Positions 39,406 through 49,145 of a stretch of DNA of 64,000 nt are shown piece after piece. The position numbers were made by a program, and so were the translations under genes. Each line of letters begins with the position of its first letter. Within the stretch, counting starts at the first letter, position 1. A model generated the notes under the pieces. That model did no database searches. It saw only the letters and a list, made by a program, of their open reading frames with translations, and had not been told where the DNA came from. Source of the DNA: Candidatus Gygaella obscura (GTDB taxonomy: Bacteria; Omnitrophota; Gorgyraeia; Gygaellales; Gygaellaceae); the NCBI GenBank assembly GCA_030765485.1, contig JAVCCR010000032.1, positions 166,289 to 230,288 of the forward strand. Direction: 5' to 3'.

Positions 39406-40337
39406 TGCAGATTGTAGAAAAAATTAGAGATAAGGCTAAGCAGAATAAAAAAAGAATAGTTCTTCCTGAAAGCGAAGATGCAAGAGTAAAAGAGGCAGTT
39501 GATTTTATAAATAAAGAGTCAATTGCCGAAGCGGTTTTAATTTCTAAAGAGGATATGGAAGAAGTAATGATGAAAAAATATGTGCAGGAGTATTTCAAAT
39601 TGCGTAAGCATAAGGGAATAACCGAATTAGATGCGATGGAAAAAATCAAAAATCCGCTTTATTATGCTGCAATGATGACTCGTTTTGGTGATTGTGATGG
39701 TTTTGTTGCCGGGGCAATCAATACAACGCCTAATGTTATTCGCGCATCTCTTCATTGTCTTGAACTGGATAAGACAATCGGTGCGGTATCAAGTTGTTTT
39801 ATTATGGTAGTACCAGATTGTATTTACGGTGACAATGGTGTGTTCGTATTTGCTGATTGCGGTGTAATGCCAGAGCCGTCAAGCAAGCAGCTTGCTAAGA
39901 TTGCGATTTCTAACGCCCTTTTAGCTAAAAAGGTCTTAGGGATTGAGCCTAAGGTGGCAATGTTGAGTTATTCTACTAAAGGTTCGGCTGGTGGTAAATT
40001 CGTGGAAAAAGTACAGGAGGCAACAAGGCTAGCTAATGAACTTAGGCCGGATTTGATTATTGACGGAGAATTGCAGCTGGATGCAGCTATTGTACCTGAG
40101 GTTGCGAAAATAAAAAAATCCCATAATGGCATTAAGGGCGATGCCAATGTATTGATCTTTCCTGATTTAGAAGCTGGTAATATCGGTTATAAACTTGTCC
40201 AGCGCTTGGCTAAGGCAAGGGCAATCGGTCCGATTTTGGAAGGTTTTACAAAACCTTGTTCTGATCTTTCCCGGGGATGCGAAGTGGATGACATAATAGA
40301 CTGTGTGGCTGTAACAGCGATAAGGGCAAACAGATGA
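39405..40337 (+). CDS. pta: Phosphate acetyltransferase (catalytic domain only)
   Basis: IVLPE.ED.RV, VSSCFIM, ADCG, AMLSYST.GS, DGELQLDAA, FPDLEAGNIGYK, DLSRG. Confidence 0.95.
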   Translation: MQIVEKIRDKAKQNKKRIVLPESEDARVKEAVDFINKESIAEAVLISKEDMEEVMMKKYVQEYFKLRKHKGITELDAMEKIKNPLYYAAMMTRFGDCDGFVAGAINTTPNVIRASLHCLELDKTIGAVSSCFIMVVPDCIYGDNGVFVFADCGVMPEPSSKQLAKIAISNALLAKKVLGIEPKVAMLSYSTKGSAGGKFVEKVQEATRLANELRPDLIIDGELQLDAAIVPEVAKIKKSHNGIKGDANVLIFPDLEAGNIGYKLVQRLAKARAIGPILEGFTKPCSDLSRGCEVDDIIDCVAVTAIRANR

Positions 40338-41398
40338 AAATTCTTGTTATAAATTCAGGCAGCTCTTCTATAAAATACCGTCTTTACGATATGCCTAAAG
40401 AGAGATTATTTTTAAAGGGGATGATTGATAAAATCGGTGAAGGTTCTTCCTGTGTAAAAAACCACCACGAAGGTTTTAGGAAAATATTAAAAAAAATTGA
40501 CGGTGTGGATGCAGTGGGACATCGAGTTGTACATGGAGCAGAGGAGTTTCAAAAGCCCATTGTGATTAAAGATAATATCATCAAACGGCTTAAAAAATAT
40601 AATATCCTTGCTCCTTTGCATAATCCGGCCAATCTATCCGGTGTTATTGCCTGCAAGAAACTATTGAAAAATATTGCTCAGGTTGCTGTTTTTGATACTT
40701 CCTTCCATCAGAGTATTCCTGATTATGCCTATATCTATGGTCTGCCGTTTAGTTTTTATAAAAAGCACAAAATTAGAAGATATGGATTTCACGGAACAAG
40801 CCATCATTATGTAGCTGAAGAGGCGAGTAAATTACTGAAAAAACCTTTGAATAAATTAAATCTTATAACCTGTCATTTGGGAAATGGCTGTAGTATGGCA
40901 GCGGTAAAAAAAGGTAAATGTATTGATACAACTATGGGGTTTACTCCTCAAGAGGGACTTTTGATGGGTACACGTGCTGGGGATATGGATACGGCTATTT
41001 TGATTTATTTGATGGAAAAGCTGCATCTAGGTATTGAACAGATAAACCGGATAATCAATAAAGAAAGCGGTCTTAAAGGTATATCCGGCGTAAGCAATGA
41101 TATGCGTAAAATCGAACAGGCAATTGCCAAAGGTAACAAAAGGGCAAAATTAGCCAGGGAGATATTTATTTATAGAATCAAAAAATATATCGGAGCATAT
41201 AGCGCTATAATGGGTGGAGTTAATGCGGTGATTTTTACTGCCGGAATCGGAGAGAATCAAATTCGTTTAAGAGGTGACATTATTAAAGGTTTATTTGATT
41301 ACTTAAAACATAAGCCTAAGGTAATGGTTATTTCTACAAACGAAGAATTGATGATCGCCAGGCAGACGTATAAAGCAATAAAGAAAGGCGTAAAATGA
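40334..41398 (+). CDS. ackA: Acetate kinase (short, 354 aa)
   Basis: INSGSSS.K, GHRVVHG, APLHNP, VFDTSFH, YGFHGTSH, HLGNG, FTAGIGEN, TNEE. Confidence 0.96.
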   Translation: MKILVINSGSSSIKYRLYDMPKERLFLKGMIDKIGEGSSCVKNHHEGFRKILKKIDGVDAVGHRVVHGAEEFQKPIVIKDNIIKRLKKYNILAPLHNPANLSGVIACKKLLKNIAQVAVFDTSFHQSIPDYAYIYGLPFSFYKKHKIRRYGFHGTSHHYVAEEASKLLKKPLNKLNLITCHLGNGCSMAAVKKGKCIDTTMGFTPQEGLLMGTRAGDMDTAILIYLMEKLHLGIEQINRIINKESGLKGISGVSNDMRKIEQAIAKGNKRAKLAREIFIYRIKKYIGAYSAIMGGVNAVIFTAGIGENQIRLRGDIIKGLFDYLKHKPKVMVISTNEELMIARQTYKAIKKGVK

Positions 41399-41742
41399 GA
41401 ACAATGCTTAAATCAAAATTAAAGAATTTAAAAGTTACCGAGACTGAACTTTTTTATGAAGGCAGTATTACTATTGATGAGGCGTTAATGGAAGCGTCTG
41501 ATATTTTACCCGGAGAAAAAGTTGAGGTTTTAGATGTCAATAACGGCGCCCGTATTTCAACCTATGCGATTAAAGGTAAACGTGATAGCGGAATAATCTG
41601 TATGAACGGACCTGCAGCCAGGCTTGTTTATAAACATGATATAATAATGGTGCTTTCTTATGTTTTACTTGATGATGATAAGGCCAAGACACATGAGGGT
41701 GTAGCAATCGCAGTAGATGAAAATAATAGAATAAAGAGTTAA
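41395..41742 (+). CDS. panD: Aspartate 1-decarboxylase
   Basis: MLKSK, YEG|SITID self-cleavage site, NG.R..TY.I.G, NGPAAR. Confidence 0.93.
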   Translation: MRTMLKSKLKNLKVTETELFYEGSITIDEALMEASDILPGEKVEVLDVNNGARISTYAIKGKRDSGIICMNGPAARLVYKHDIIMVLSYVLLDDDKAKTHEGVAIAVDENNRIKS

Positions 41743-41755
41743 TTAAATAAATAAT

Positions 41756-42709
41756 TTGAAAAAAATCATTATAATTTTCTTTAAGATAGCAATAAGTTTT
41801 TTCTTATTGCTATTTTTATTTAAGAAAATCGATACCGAAAATGTATTTATTCTTTTGGGTAGCTTTAATAAGTTTTTTATTGTTGTTAGTTTTTTATTAT
41901 TTTGTTTCGCTTATTTTCTTGGGATGGTTCGTTGGTTAATGCTTTTATATATAAGCGAAGTAGATTTCAGTATAAAAAAGGTTGTGGTTACGTATTTAGG
42001 ATCACAGTTTTTTAGTTTGTTTGTACCTTCGATTATCGGTTCGGATGTGGCAAGAAGCATTGATTTGGGAAAGTATTCGAATAGTTTCAAAAAAGTTGCA
42101 GTCACTGTATTTTTGGATCGATTAAGCGGTAGTATAGGTCTTGTTTTAGTAGCTTTTTCTTCTTTGCTGTTGGGGAAAAGTTTTATTAATAATTTCTATG
42201 TGTATTTGATTATTTATGTTTTTGTTTTGGCAATTTTAATAATATTAACTTTATTATTTAATAGCCGTATATTTGATTTTTTCTCTAGAGTCCTTCAAGG
42301 CAGAGGCAGGTTTTGGGATAAGTTTTTTCTTATTCATAAAGAGATATTTTATTTTCGAAAACATAGATTCTTGTTGTTGTTAAATATCGCAATTTCTGTG
42401 GTGATTCAATTAGTAGTACCGGTTATTTTCTGGATTTTGACAAATAGTCTTTACGGGGGAGTTTCGATTTTTCCATTTTTGATTATTGTGCCTATAGTTA
42501 CTGTTATATCGGCAATCCCTATTACTATTGGCGGTCTTGGAGTAAGAGAGTGGTCTATGGTGCTTTTTTTATCGCAGCTGGGGTTAGATAAAAGCTTGTC
42601 TGCAAGCCTATCGTTGTTGCAGTTTGTTTTCTTAATTAGCGTTGGTGTTATTGGTGGAATTGTTTATGTCCTTACATTTCATACTAGACGGTTACAATAT
42701 AACAAATAA
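41756..42709 (+). CDS. Lysylphosphatidylglycerol synthase TM-like flippase domain protein
   Basis: RW..LL, P..IG.D..R, DRL.G, PITIGGLGVRE. Confidence 0.85.
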   Translation: MKKIIIIFFKIAISFFLLLFLFKKIDTENVFILLGSFNKFFIVVSFLLFCFAYFLGMVRWLMLLYISEVDFSIKKVVVTYLGSQFFSLFVPSIIGSDVARSIDLGKYSNSFKKVAVTVFLDRLSGSIGLVLVAFSSLLLGKSFINNFYVYLIIYVFVLAILIILTLLFNSRIFDFFSRVLQGRGRFWDKFFLIHKEIFYFRKHRFLLLLNIAISVVIQLVVPVIFWILTNSLYGGVSIFPFLIIVPIVTVISAIPITIGGLGVREWSMVLFLSQLGLDKSLSASLSLLQFVFLISVGVIGGIVYVLTFHTRRLQYNK

Positions 42710-43136
42710 ATTTAAATATAAGCCTGTGTCTGATTTGCGTCATTCAAGGTTTCAGCTTTATAAATTTATTCAGGAAAATAAGTTCAAGGGCTCAAAGAAT
42801 AATATTTTGACCGTTGTTTTTGACGGTAAGGAAGATGTTATATCTAATGAAACGGCAGAGGGCATTAGTATTATTTTTTCAAAGAATAAAAGCGCTGACT
42901 GTGTTATCATGGAATTGATTGAAAGTTCTTCTCAGCCAAAGAACATGGTTTTAGTTACAGATGATAAGGAACTTATCATTTTTGCGCGCTCTAAAAGGGT
43001 AAAATTAATGCCTGTTAAACAGCTTTTGGCTAAGAAAAAAACGGTTATTTTTAAGAAGAAAATGAGAATAACTACAGAAGACGCTCGGAAAATCAACAGG
43101 GAACTTCGCAATATTTGGTTAAATGAAGCAGAATAA
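42666..43136 (+). CDS. NYN (YacP/Rae1-like) ribonuclease
   Basis: ILDGYN, VVFDG, SAD, LVTDD acidic motifs; likely start ATG 42666. Confidence 0.82.
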   Translation: MSLHFILDGYNITNKFKYKPVSDLRHSRFQLYKFIQENKFKGSKNNILTVVFDGKEDVISNETAEGISIIFSKNKSADCVIMELIESSSQPKNMVLVTDDKELIIFARSKRVKLMPVKQLLAKKKTVIFKKKMRITTEDARKINRELRNIWLNEAE

Positions 43137-43893
43137 TTTTATAAAATTCTTAGGTACTGCTGGTGCGCGTTTTGTTACTATTAGTCAACTGCGAGCTTCA
43201 GGCGGGATCTGGATTAGGTATCAGAATACAAATATTCTTATTGATCCAGGTCCGGGAAGCCTGGTTAAGGCATTAGAGGCGCGACCTAAGCTTTTACCAA
43301 AGACACTTGATGCGATCATTTTAACACATAGGCACCTTGATCATGCTAGCGATTTAAATATTATGACCGAGGCAATGACTGAAGGTTGCCGTAACAAAAG
43401 AGGAATGCTTTTAGTGCCTGAAGATAGTCTAAAAAAAGAAACAATGATACTTTCTTTTTTAAGAAAAAGCGTTAAATCGGTTAAATTGTTAAATGTAAAG
43501 AAAAGTTTTGTTATAAAAGATATCCGTTTACAGAATGTTTACCGTTTGAGGCATAGCGTCGAGACTTATGCCTTAAAATTTATTTTTGGTAAAACAAGTT
43601 TATGTTTAGTCAGTGATACCATGTTTTTCCCCTCATTAAGCAAAAAGATTAACAGTTGCGATTATTTGATACTTAATGTAGTGTTTTATAAGCCCAATGC
43701 GGATATAAAACATCTTGATTATTTTTCAGCAATAAAACTGATTAAAGAAGTGAAGCCTAAAAGAGCGATAATAACTCATTTTGGTACGCCGATGTTAAAG
43801 GCGAATCCAAAAAAACTGGCTAAAAAAGCAAAAAAGATGACAGGTATTGATGTTCTTGCGGCAGAAGACGGCATGAAGTTGATGATTAAATAG
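43123..43893 (+). CDS. Metallo-beta-lactamase-fold hydrolase
   Basis: FLGTAG, IDPGPG, THRHLDH (HxHxDH), SDT, THFG. Confidence 0.88.
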   Translation: MKQNNFIKFLGTAGARFVTISQLRASGGIWIRYQNTNILIDPGPGSLVKALEARPKLLPKTLDAIILTHRHLDHASDLNIMTEAMTEGCRNKRGMLLVPEDSLKKETMILSFLRKSVKSVKLLNVKKSFVIKDIRLQNVYRLRHSVETYALKFIFGKTSLCLVSDTMFFPSLSKKINSCDYLILNVVFYKPNADIKHLDYFSAIKLIKEVKPKRAIITHFGTPMLKANPKKLAKKAKKMTGIDVLAAEDGMKLMIK

Positions 43894-43894
43894 A

Positions 43895-43923
43895 TTGACA
43901 GTTTGGAAAGGCTTTTTTATAAT
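43895..43923 (+). promoter_or_regulatory. Perfect-consensus sigma70 promoter
   Basis: TTGACA (43895-43900), 17-nt spacer, TATAAT (43918-43923); SD GGGAGG at 43941-43946. Confidence 0.8.
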
Positions 43924-43951
43924 AATAATAGGATAGGAAAGGGAGGTGTTT

Positions 43952-44620
43952 ATGTCTATATTTATAGAACCTGCTAAAACAGTATTATTGCAAATCGGAT
44001 CATTTTTGCCGAAGTTGATTGCTGCGATTATTGTTTTTATTGTCGGCTGGCTTTTAGCAAAAGTAATCGGTGAGCTTCTAAAAAGATTTTTAAAACTTAT
44101 TAAGTTGGAACAATTTGCGGATAATGTTGGTGTTAATAAGTTTTTAACCAAAGGTGGTATCAAGTATACTTTTTGTGAATTATTAAGCTTTTTGGTATAT
44201 TGGTTGGTTGTGTTAGTTGTGTTGGTGGTAGCTGTGGACATATTAGGTCTTACCGTAGCCGGAAATATAATTGAAAAGGTAGCTTCATATATTCCTAATG
44301 TTATTGCTGCATTGTTTATTTTAATATTAGGTATATTTGCATCCAGTTTTTCTGGTTCTACTGTTACAGCAGCTTTGACCAATGCTGGGATAGAGCAGGC
44401 TCGTCTTTTAGGCAAGGTTGCAGAGATAATCATAATTGTATTTACAATCTTTGTTGCCATTGAACAACTGGGTATTGCTGGTCAAGTTATTGTGCTAGCG
44501 ATAACTATAACTTTTGCATCTATTGGTTTAGCAGTAGGTCTTGCGTTTGGTCTAGGCTGTAAGGACATAGCTGCTGATTTTTTGAAGAATTTTTTAGCAA
44601 AAATTAAGGTAAAGAAATAA
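43952..44620 (+). CDS. Conserved TM-helix-repeat membrane protein (CmpX/MscS-associated)
   Basis: Two 'F/Y.P.(L/V)IAA..(V/I)..G' repeats and C-terminal GLAFGLG; ATG 43952 is best spaced from the SD. Confidence 0.8.
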   Translation: MSIFIEPAKTVLLQIGSFLPKLIAAIIVFIVGWLLAKVIGELLKRFLKLIKLEQFADNVGVNKFLTKGGIKYTFCELLSFLVYWLVVLVVLVVAVDILGLTVAGNIIEKVASYIPNVIAALFILILGIFASSFSGSTVTAALTNAGIEQARLLGKVAEIIIIVFTIFVAIEQLGIAGQVIVLAITITFASIGLAVGLAFGLGCKDIAADFLKNFLAKIKVKK

Positions 44621-44626
44621 TTTTTA

Positions 44627-45025
44627 ATGCATAAACTTTTAATCGCCGATGATGAGCTTGATGTGCTTAATAGTCTTAGCAATAGGCTCAAAAAGGAAGG
44701 TTTTTTTGTCTCAACTGCCAGAGACGGTCAGGAGGCATTGGATCTGGCTCTGGCAGTTGATGGACCTGATATTCTTATTTTAGATATTGAGATGCCAAAA
44801 AAAAACGGCTTCGAAGTGTTAAAAGAGCTTCGTGAAAGTAATATTAAACATAACCAATGGCAGCCTGTTATAATACTTTCGGCAAAAAGTGATTTTGATG
44901 ATATCAAGAAAGGCTATGGTTTGGAGGCTGATTTTTATATTACGAAACCTTTTAACTTTCAGCAGCTGTTAAAGGGAATTGAAACGATGATTACGCTTTT
45001 ATCCGTTAGAAGGATAGAGAAATGA
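44627..45025 (+). CDS. Single-domain response regulator
   Basis: LIADDE, ILDIEMP..NG, ILSA, YITKPF. Confidence 0.92.
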   Translation: MHKLLIADDELDVLNSLSNRLKKEGFFVSTARDGQEALDLALAVDGPDILILDIEMPKKNGFEVLKELRESNIKHNQWQPVIILSAKSDFDDIKKGYGLEADFYITKPFNFQQLLKGIETMITLLSVRRIEK

Positions 45026-45678
45026 TTGCATTATTTATAACTATTTTTATATTTATTTTATTAGCGGTAGTAGTTGAGGTGGCAACTACTGCTTTGCGTA
45101 TGACAGGTTTGGATATTCGTATCGCCCGTTTTCAGGCAATGTCAGCTTTAACCGGTACAGGCTTTACCACAAGAGAAAGTGAGCTTATCACTGATAATAA
45201 ACAGCGTAGAATCATCGTAATGAGTTTGATGATAATTGGGCCTATTGGTTTTGTTACTATACTTACTTCAATTTTATTGTCAGCAAGGGAGCATGTTATG
45301 CTTTATCAGCTTTTAGTTTTGGCAGTTCTTGCTTTGTTGCTTTTGAAGTTTTCTAAAAGCCGCAAGCTGATGAGTGTATTCCATAAGGCAATTGAAACTA
45401 CATTAAAGAAACGCCATTATCCTAGGAAGATAGTTTTAGAAGAGATATTGCAGTTGGATGAGAATTTTGGAGTATGTGAGATAAAAATCGATAAACACTC
45501 TAAATTAGCAGATAAAACCTTGGCTCAAAGTGATATTAAAGAGAAAGGATTTATTGTATTAGCGATTCAACGTGAGGATAACTTAATCACTGTTCCTCAC
45601 GCAAACGACAAAATTTTAGTTAATGATATATTAGTTGTTTTTGGTAATCTTAAGCACTTACGAGATTTTGCGAGGTAG
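45022..45678 (+). CDS. Membrane protein with K+-channel-like pore and TrkA-C (RCK_C) domain
   Basis: TGL...ARFQA.SA.TGTGFTTRESE, C-terminal VLAIQR....P....I...D.L.VFG. Confidence 0.8.
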   Translation: MIALFITIFIFILLAVVVEVATTALRMTGLDIRIARFQAMSALTGTGFTTRESELITDNKQRRIIVMSLMIIGPIGFVTILTSILLSAREHVMLYQLLVLAVLALLLLKFSKSRKLMSVFHKAIETTLKKRHYPRKIVLEEILQLDENFGVCEIKIDKHSKLADKTLAQSDIKEKGFIVLAIQREDNLITVPHANDKILVNDILVVFGNLKHLRDFAR

Positions 45679-45684
45679 TTTTAA

Positions 45685-46083
45685 TTGAAACTTTATCTAT
45701 TCATTATTTTAGGGTTTTTATTCATGCTATTGTTTTTTAACGGCTGCAGAAAAAAGTCTTCAGTTGAAACATTTCAGTCTCCCTATGAGTTGATAGATGA
45801 AATTGAGTCTCTCAGCCTTTTGGAAACCGAATCGGTCGAAACAGCTTCTGTATCTGTAGCTAAAACAATTTCAAAAGAAAAAAATATTGATCTGGATTTA
45901 AATGATAAAAAGATCCAGACCGCTTTAAAAGAAGCTGGGTTTTATGATGGTAAAATCGATGGTAAAATCGGTTTAAAGTCAAAGCAGGCAGTGAGAGACT
46001 TCCAGACAGCGAATAATTTAAAAGTTGATGGAGTTGTTGGTATAAATACTAAAAAAGCTCTTCAGAAATATTTGACGCAATAG
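45685..46083 (+). CDS. Peptidoglycan-binding domain lipoprotein
   Basis: FNGC lipobox, IQTAL..AGFY.G.IDG.IG..S..AVRDFQ..N.L.VDGVVG.NT. Confidence 0.85.
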   Translation: MKLYLFIILGFLFMLLFFNGCRKKSSVETFQSPYELIDEIESLSLLETESVETASVSVAKTISKEKNIDLDLNDKKIQTALKEAGFYDGKIDGKIGLKSKQAVRDFQTANNLKVDGVVGINTKKALQKYLTQ

Positions 46084-46108
46084 TTTTTAAAATAGTTTCA
46101 ATCAAGCG

Positions 46109-46903
46109 ATGAAGAAAAAAATAAGCGATATAATTATTCGTATGGGTAGATATATTTTAGGCATTATACAGGAAATAGGTTCAATTCTGGTTTTTTCGAT
46201 TAAAGTCTTTAGTTTTATTCTTAAAGGCAAGGTAAGATTTTTTGATGTATTAAAGCAGATCTATGAGCAGGGTTTTGAGTCTATATTTATAGTAGCGATA
46301 ACTTCACTTACCACAGGTATGGTTTTGGGGCTTCAAGGTTATTTTGCTCTTGTACGGTTCGGTGCAAAGGAATTTGTTGCTGCTTTGGTGGCAATTTCAA
46401 TTCTAAGAGAGCTAGGTCCAGTGTTGACTTCGATAGTTTTCTCAGGCAAAGTAGGGGCAAAGATAACCTCTGAGTTAAGCACAATGAATGTCTCCGAACA
46501 GATATTAGCAACGCGTACCATGGGCGTAGATCCATTAGAGTATTTTGTTGTTTCAAGAGTTATAGCCTGTGTTATAGTTTTGCCTATTTTGGTAGTCATA
46601 TCAGGTGTAATCGGGATATTCGGCGGGTATTTGGTAGTTTCCTGGGAGGGAGCAACTAATGCCATTTATTACTTTCATAATACCTTAGATATAGTTGCGC
46701 TAAGGGACTTTTTAAGCGGAATCATAAAGGCAATTGTTTTTTCTGTAATAATAGGTATTATTTGTTGCTATCAGGGTTTTCGGGCCAAAGGAGGCTCTTT
46801 GGGTGTCGGAAGGTATACTACTAAGGCTGTTGCTTTTTGTTATATTTTGATAATTGTGTTTAATTTTATTTTGACTAAGATTTTGTTAAAACTTGGATTT
46901 TAA
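46109..46903 (+). CDS. mlaE: MlaE-family ABC permease
   Basis: LRELGPV.T, GKVG.KI.SEL.TM...EQI.A...MG.DP, GVGRYTT.AV. Confidence 0.9.
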   Translation: MKKKISDIIIRMGRYILGIIQEIGSILVFSIKVFSFILKGKVRFFDVLKQIYEQGFESIFIVAITSLTTGMVLGLQGYFALVRFGAKEFVAALVAISILRELGPVLTSIVFSGKVGAKITSELSTMNVSEQILATRTMGVDPLEYFVVSRVIACVIVLPILVVISGVIGIFGGYLVVSWEGATNAIYYFHNTLDIVALRDFLSGIIKAIVFSVIIGIICCYQGFRAKGGSLGVGRYTTKAVAFCYILIIVFNFILTKILLKLGF

Positions 46904-46917
46904 AAAGGAGATTTATT

Positions 46918-47238
46918 ATGCATGTTAAAATTATTTGTATATCCCTATTGATATCTTTTGTTTTTTTATCCGGTTGTAGCTTAAACGGCGGAATTATAAA
47001 TTATTATCATGTTAATGAAGCGTCTTGGATTAGAAAAGGAGAACCTATTGAGTTTGAAGAGGATTTTTGGTATCCGACCGATACAGTAGAAAACTTTCTG
47101 GGTAAGGAAATGCTTTTTAAGGGGAAATTTAAAGGGGTTAAATTTTTTACAGAACGAAAAGATATCCGTCCGTTTAGTTACCTTTATACGAAGTTTGGCG
47201 AAAATCAATTCCGTACTTACGAGAAAAACCATGATTGA
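46918..47238 (+). CDS. Small lipoprotein of unknown function
   Basis: LSGC lipobox, SD AAGGAG, aromatic-rich body. Confidence 0.7.
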   Translation: MHVKIICISLLISFVFLSGCSLNGGIINYYHVNEASWIRKGEPIEFEEDFWYPTDTVENFLGKEMLFKGKFKGVKFFTERKDIRPFSYLYTKFGENQFRTYEKNHD

Positions 47239-47980
47239 AGTAATAGGATTAAGTAAGTCTTTCGATGATGTACAGGTTTTAAAAGATATAAACGTTACAT
47301 TTAATGATAACGAAATTACCTGTATCTTAGGTGAAAGTGGAAGCGGCAAAAGCGTGTTTTTACAAACCATGGCAGTTTTGCATGGGCCTGATTCTGGAAA
47401 AATCTTGATAGATAATCAGGATATCCTGCGTAAAAGCGAAGAACAACTGTTGGATTTAAGGAAAAAAATCGGGTATTTGTTTCAGTCAAGCGCACTGTAT
47501 GATTTTATGAATATTTTTGATAATTTAGCATTTCCTTTAAGAGAAAATACAAAGCTATCAGAACCTGAAATCGAAAAAAAAATAAAAGATATTTTGCATG
47601 ATGTTAATCTTTCTGATGTGGAAGAAAAATTTCCCAATGAACTATCCGGAGGAATGCAGAAAAGAGCGTCTTTAGCACGTTCGGTTATCTTAAAACCACA
47701 GTTTTTATTATGTGATGAGCCGACATCTGGTCTTGATCCTGAGCATGCGCGTATAATTGCTCAACTTATTGCCAAGATATCCAAATTTTATAAATCTACG
47801 ACTATTATTACTAGTCATGATATACCGAATTCTTTAGCTATAGCTGATAGATTAATTTTTATTTTTGATGGACAGTTTACGGAGATTGGTTCACCCAGCA
47901 ATTTAACGAAGAATACAGATAAGCGGATTAATAATTTTTTGGGTCCTTATGTGGAGGTTACGAAATGCATGACAGATTAA
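47231..47980 (+). CDS. mlaF: MlaF-family ABC ATPase
   Basis: GESGSGKS, FQ..ALYD, LSGGMQKR, DEPTSGLD, SHD; likely start ATG 47231. Confidence 0.9.
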   Translation: MIEVIGLSKSFDDVQVLKDINVTFNDNEITCILGESGSGKSVFLQTMAVLHGPDSGKILIDNQDILRKSEEQLLDLRKKIGYLFQSSALYDFMNIFDNLAFPLRENTKLSEPEIEKKIKDILHDVNLSDVEEKFPNELSGGMQKRASLARSVILKPQFLLCDEPTSGLDPEHARIIAQLIAKISKFYKSTTIITSHDIPNSLAIADRLIFIFDGQFTEIGSPSNLTKNTDKRINNFLGPYVEVTKCMTD

Positions 47981-48558
47981 AAGAATTTATCGCCGGGTTA
48001 TTTTTTATTTTTGGTATTGTTGTTTTCTTGATTGTTTTCTTTGTTATTGGAAACGATAAAGGAATAACCTCTTTGAAATTTAATAAAAAAGTTATTTTCT
48101 CCGATGTCGCCGGTTTAAGTATTGGTGCACCCGTGCGTTTATCGGGAGTAAACGTTGGAATTGTTGAATCGATCCATTTTACCAAAGAAGAGATTATAAA
48201 GGAAAAGAATATAGTTGTGGTTTTAAGCATTCTTTCTAGGTACGGTCCGCAGTTTAAAGGATGTTTGGATTATTCAATACGCACTGAAGGTGTTTTAGGC
48301 GGGAAGCTCATTGAAATAAAGCCTTCCAAAAGTTATCAGAATTGTCAGGATTCAGAATTCGCTGTAGGAGATGATCCTTTGGATATCCAGGATCTGACAG
48401 TTTCTTTTGATAATACTGCTAAATCCCTTACCAGCCTTTCTCAAAGAATTGAAGATTATCTAAAACAGCTGAGCAAAATCTCCTATACGATAAAAAGGAC
48501 GATTGATCGGCTTGAGAAACGCATCATTGAAGGGACTTTATTCAATATTTTTAAATAA
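47965..48558 (+). CDS. mlaD: MlaD/MCE domain protein
   Basis: TM helix, F.DVAGL..GAPV..SGV.VG.V, I.TEGVLG...IEI. Confidence 0.88.
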   Translation: MHDRLKEFIAGLFFIFGIVVFLIVFFVIGNDKGITSLKFNKKVIFSDVAGLSIGAPVRLSGVNVGIVESIHFTKEEIIKEKNIVVVLSILSRYGPQFKGCLDYSIRTEGVLGGKLIEIKPSKSYQNCQDSEFAVGDDPLDIQDLTVSFDNTAKSLTSLSQRIEDYLKQLSKISYTIKRTIDRLEKRIIEGTLFNIFK

Positions 48559-48563
48559 TTTAA

Positions 48564-49140
48564 ATGAAGTATCTAAAAAAACAATTAACTTTATTGGATG
48601 TTTTCTCTGTTGCCACCGGTGCAATGATTAGCTCTGGTATTTTTATTCTGCCAGGTTTAGCTTTTGCCAAGGCAGGCCCGGCTGTGATTTTATCTTATTT
48701 TTTGGCTGCGCTAATCTGTATCCCTACGCTTTTTTCCCAAGCTGAGCTTACCACTGCTATGCCTAAAGCAGGAGGAGATTATTTTTATATTATGCGCGGT
48801 TTTGGTCCTTTATTAGGTACTATTGCTGGTTTTAGCTCTTGGTTTGTTTTAAGTTTTAAAGGCGCGTTTGCGCTTATAGGTATGGGTGAATTTTTAAGCG
48901 TTTTTAGTAATCTGTCGTTTCATATTGTTGCTATGGTTCTATGTGTGTTTTTTGTAATTTTAAATCTAATTGGGGTAAAGTTCGCTGGCAGATTTCAGGT
49001 TTATCTTGCATTTAAAGATGCTTGCGGCAATCGCTCAGATTACACAGAACAAGGATTTTGATAAAAATTGGATGGCGTCAAAAAATATCGATGAGTTTAA
49101 GAATTTGGTGTTATTGGCTGAACGGAAAAGGAGTCGTTAA
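48564..49140 (+). pseudogene. APC amino-acid permease / PTS EIIA-like fusion gene with internal deletion
   Basis: First ~148 codons are an APC permease N-terminus (GAMISSGIFILPG, AEL.TAMP.AGG.Y). From 49006 another frame reads LHLKMLAAIAQITQNKDFDKNW..LLAERKRSR* (stop 49140), resembling an EIIA-type C-terminus. Confidence 0.75.
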
Positions 49141-49145
49141 TAAAG

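Noticed and set aside
49000-49020. Programmed frameshift joining the permease fragments
   Set aside because: Even if joined, the product (~190 aa) would lack most TM helices. A deletion or misassembly explains it better.
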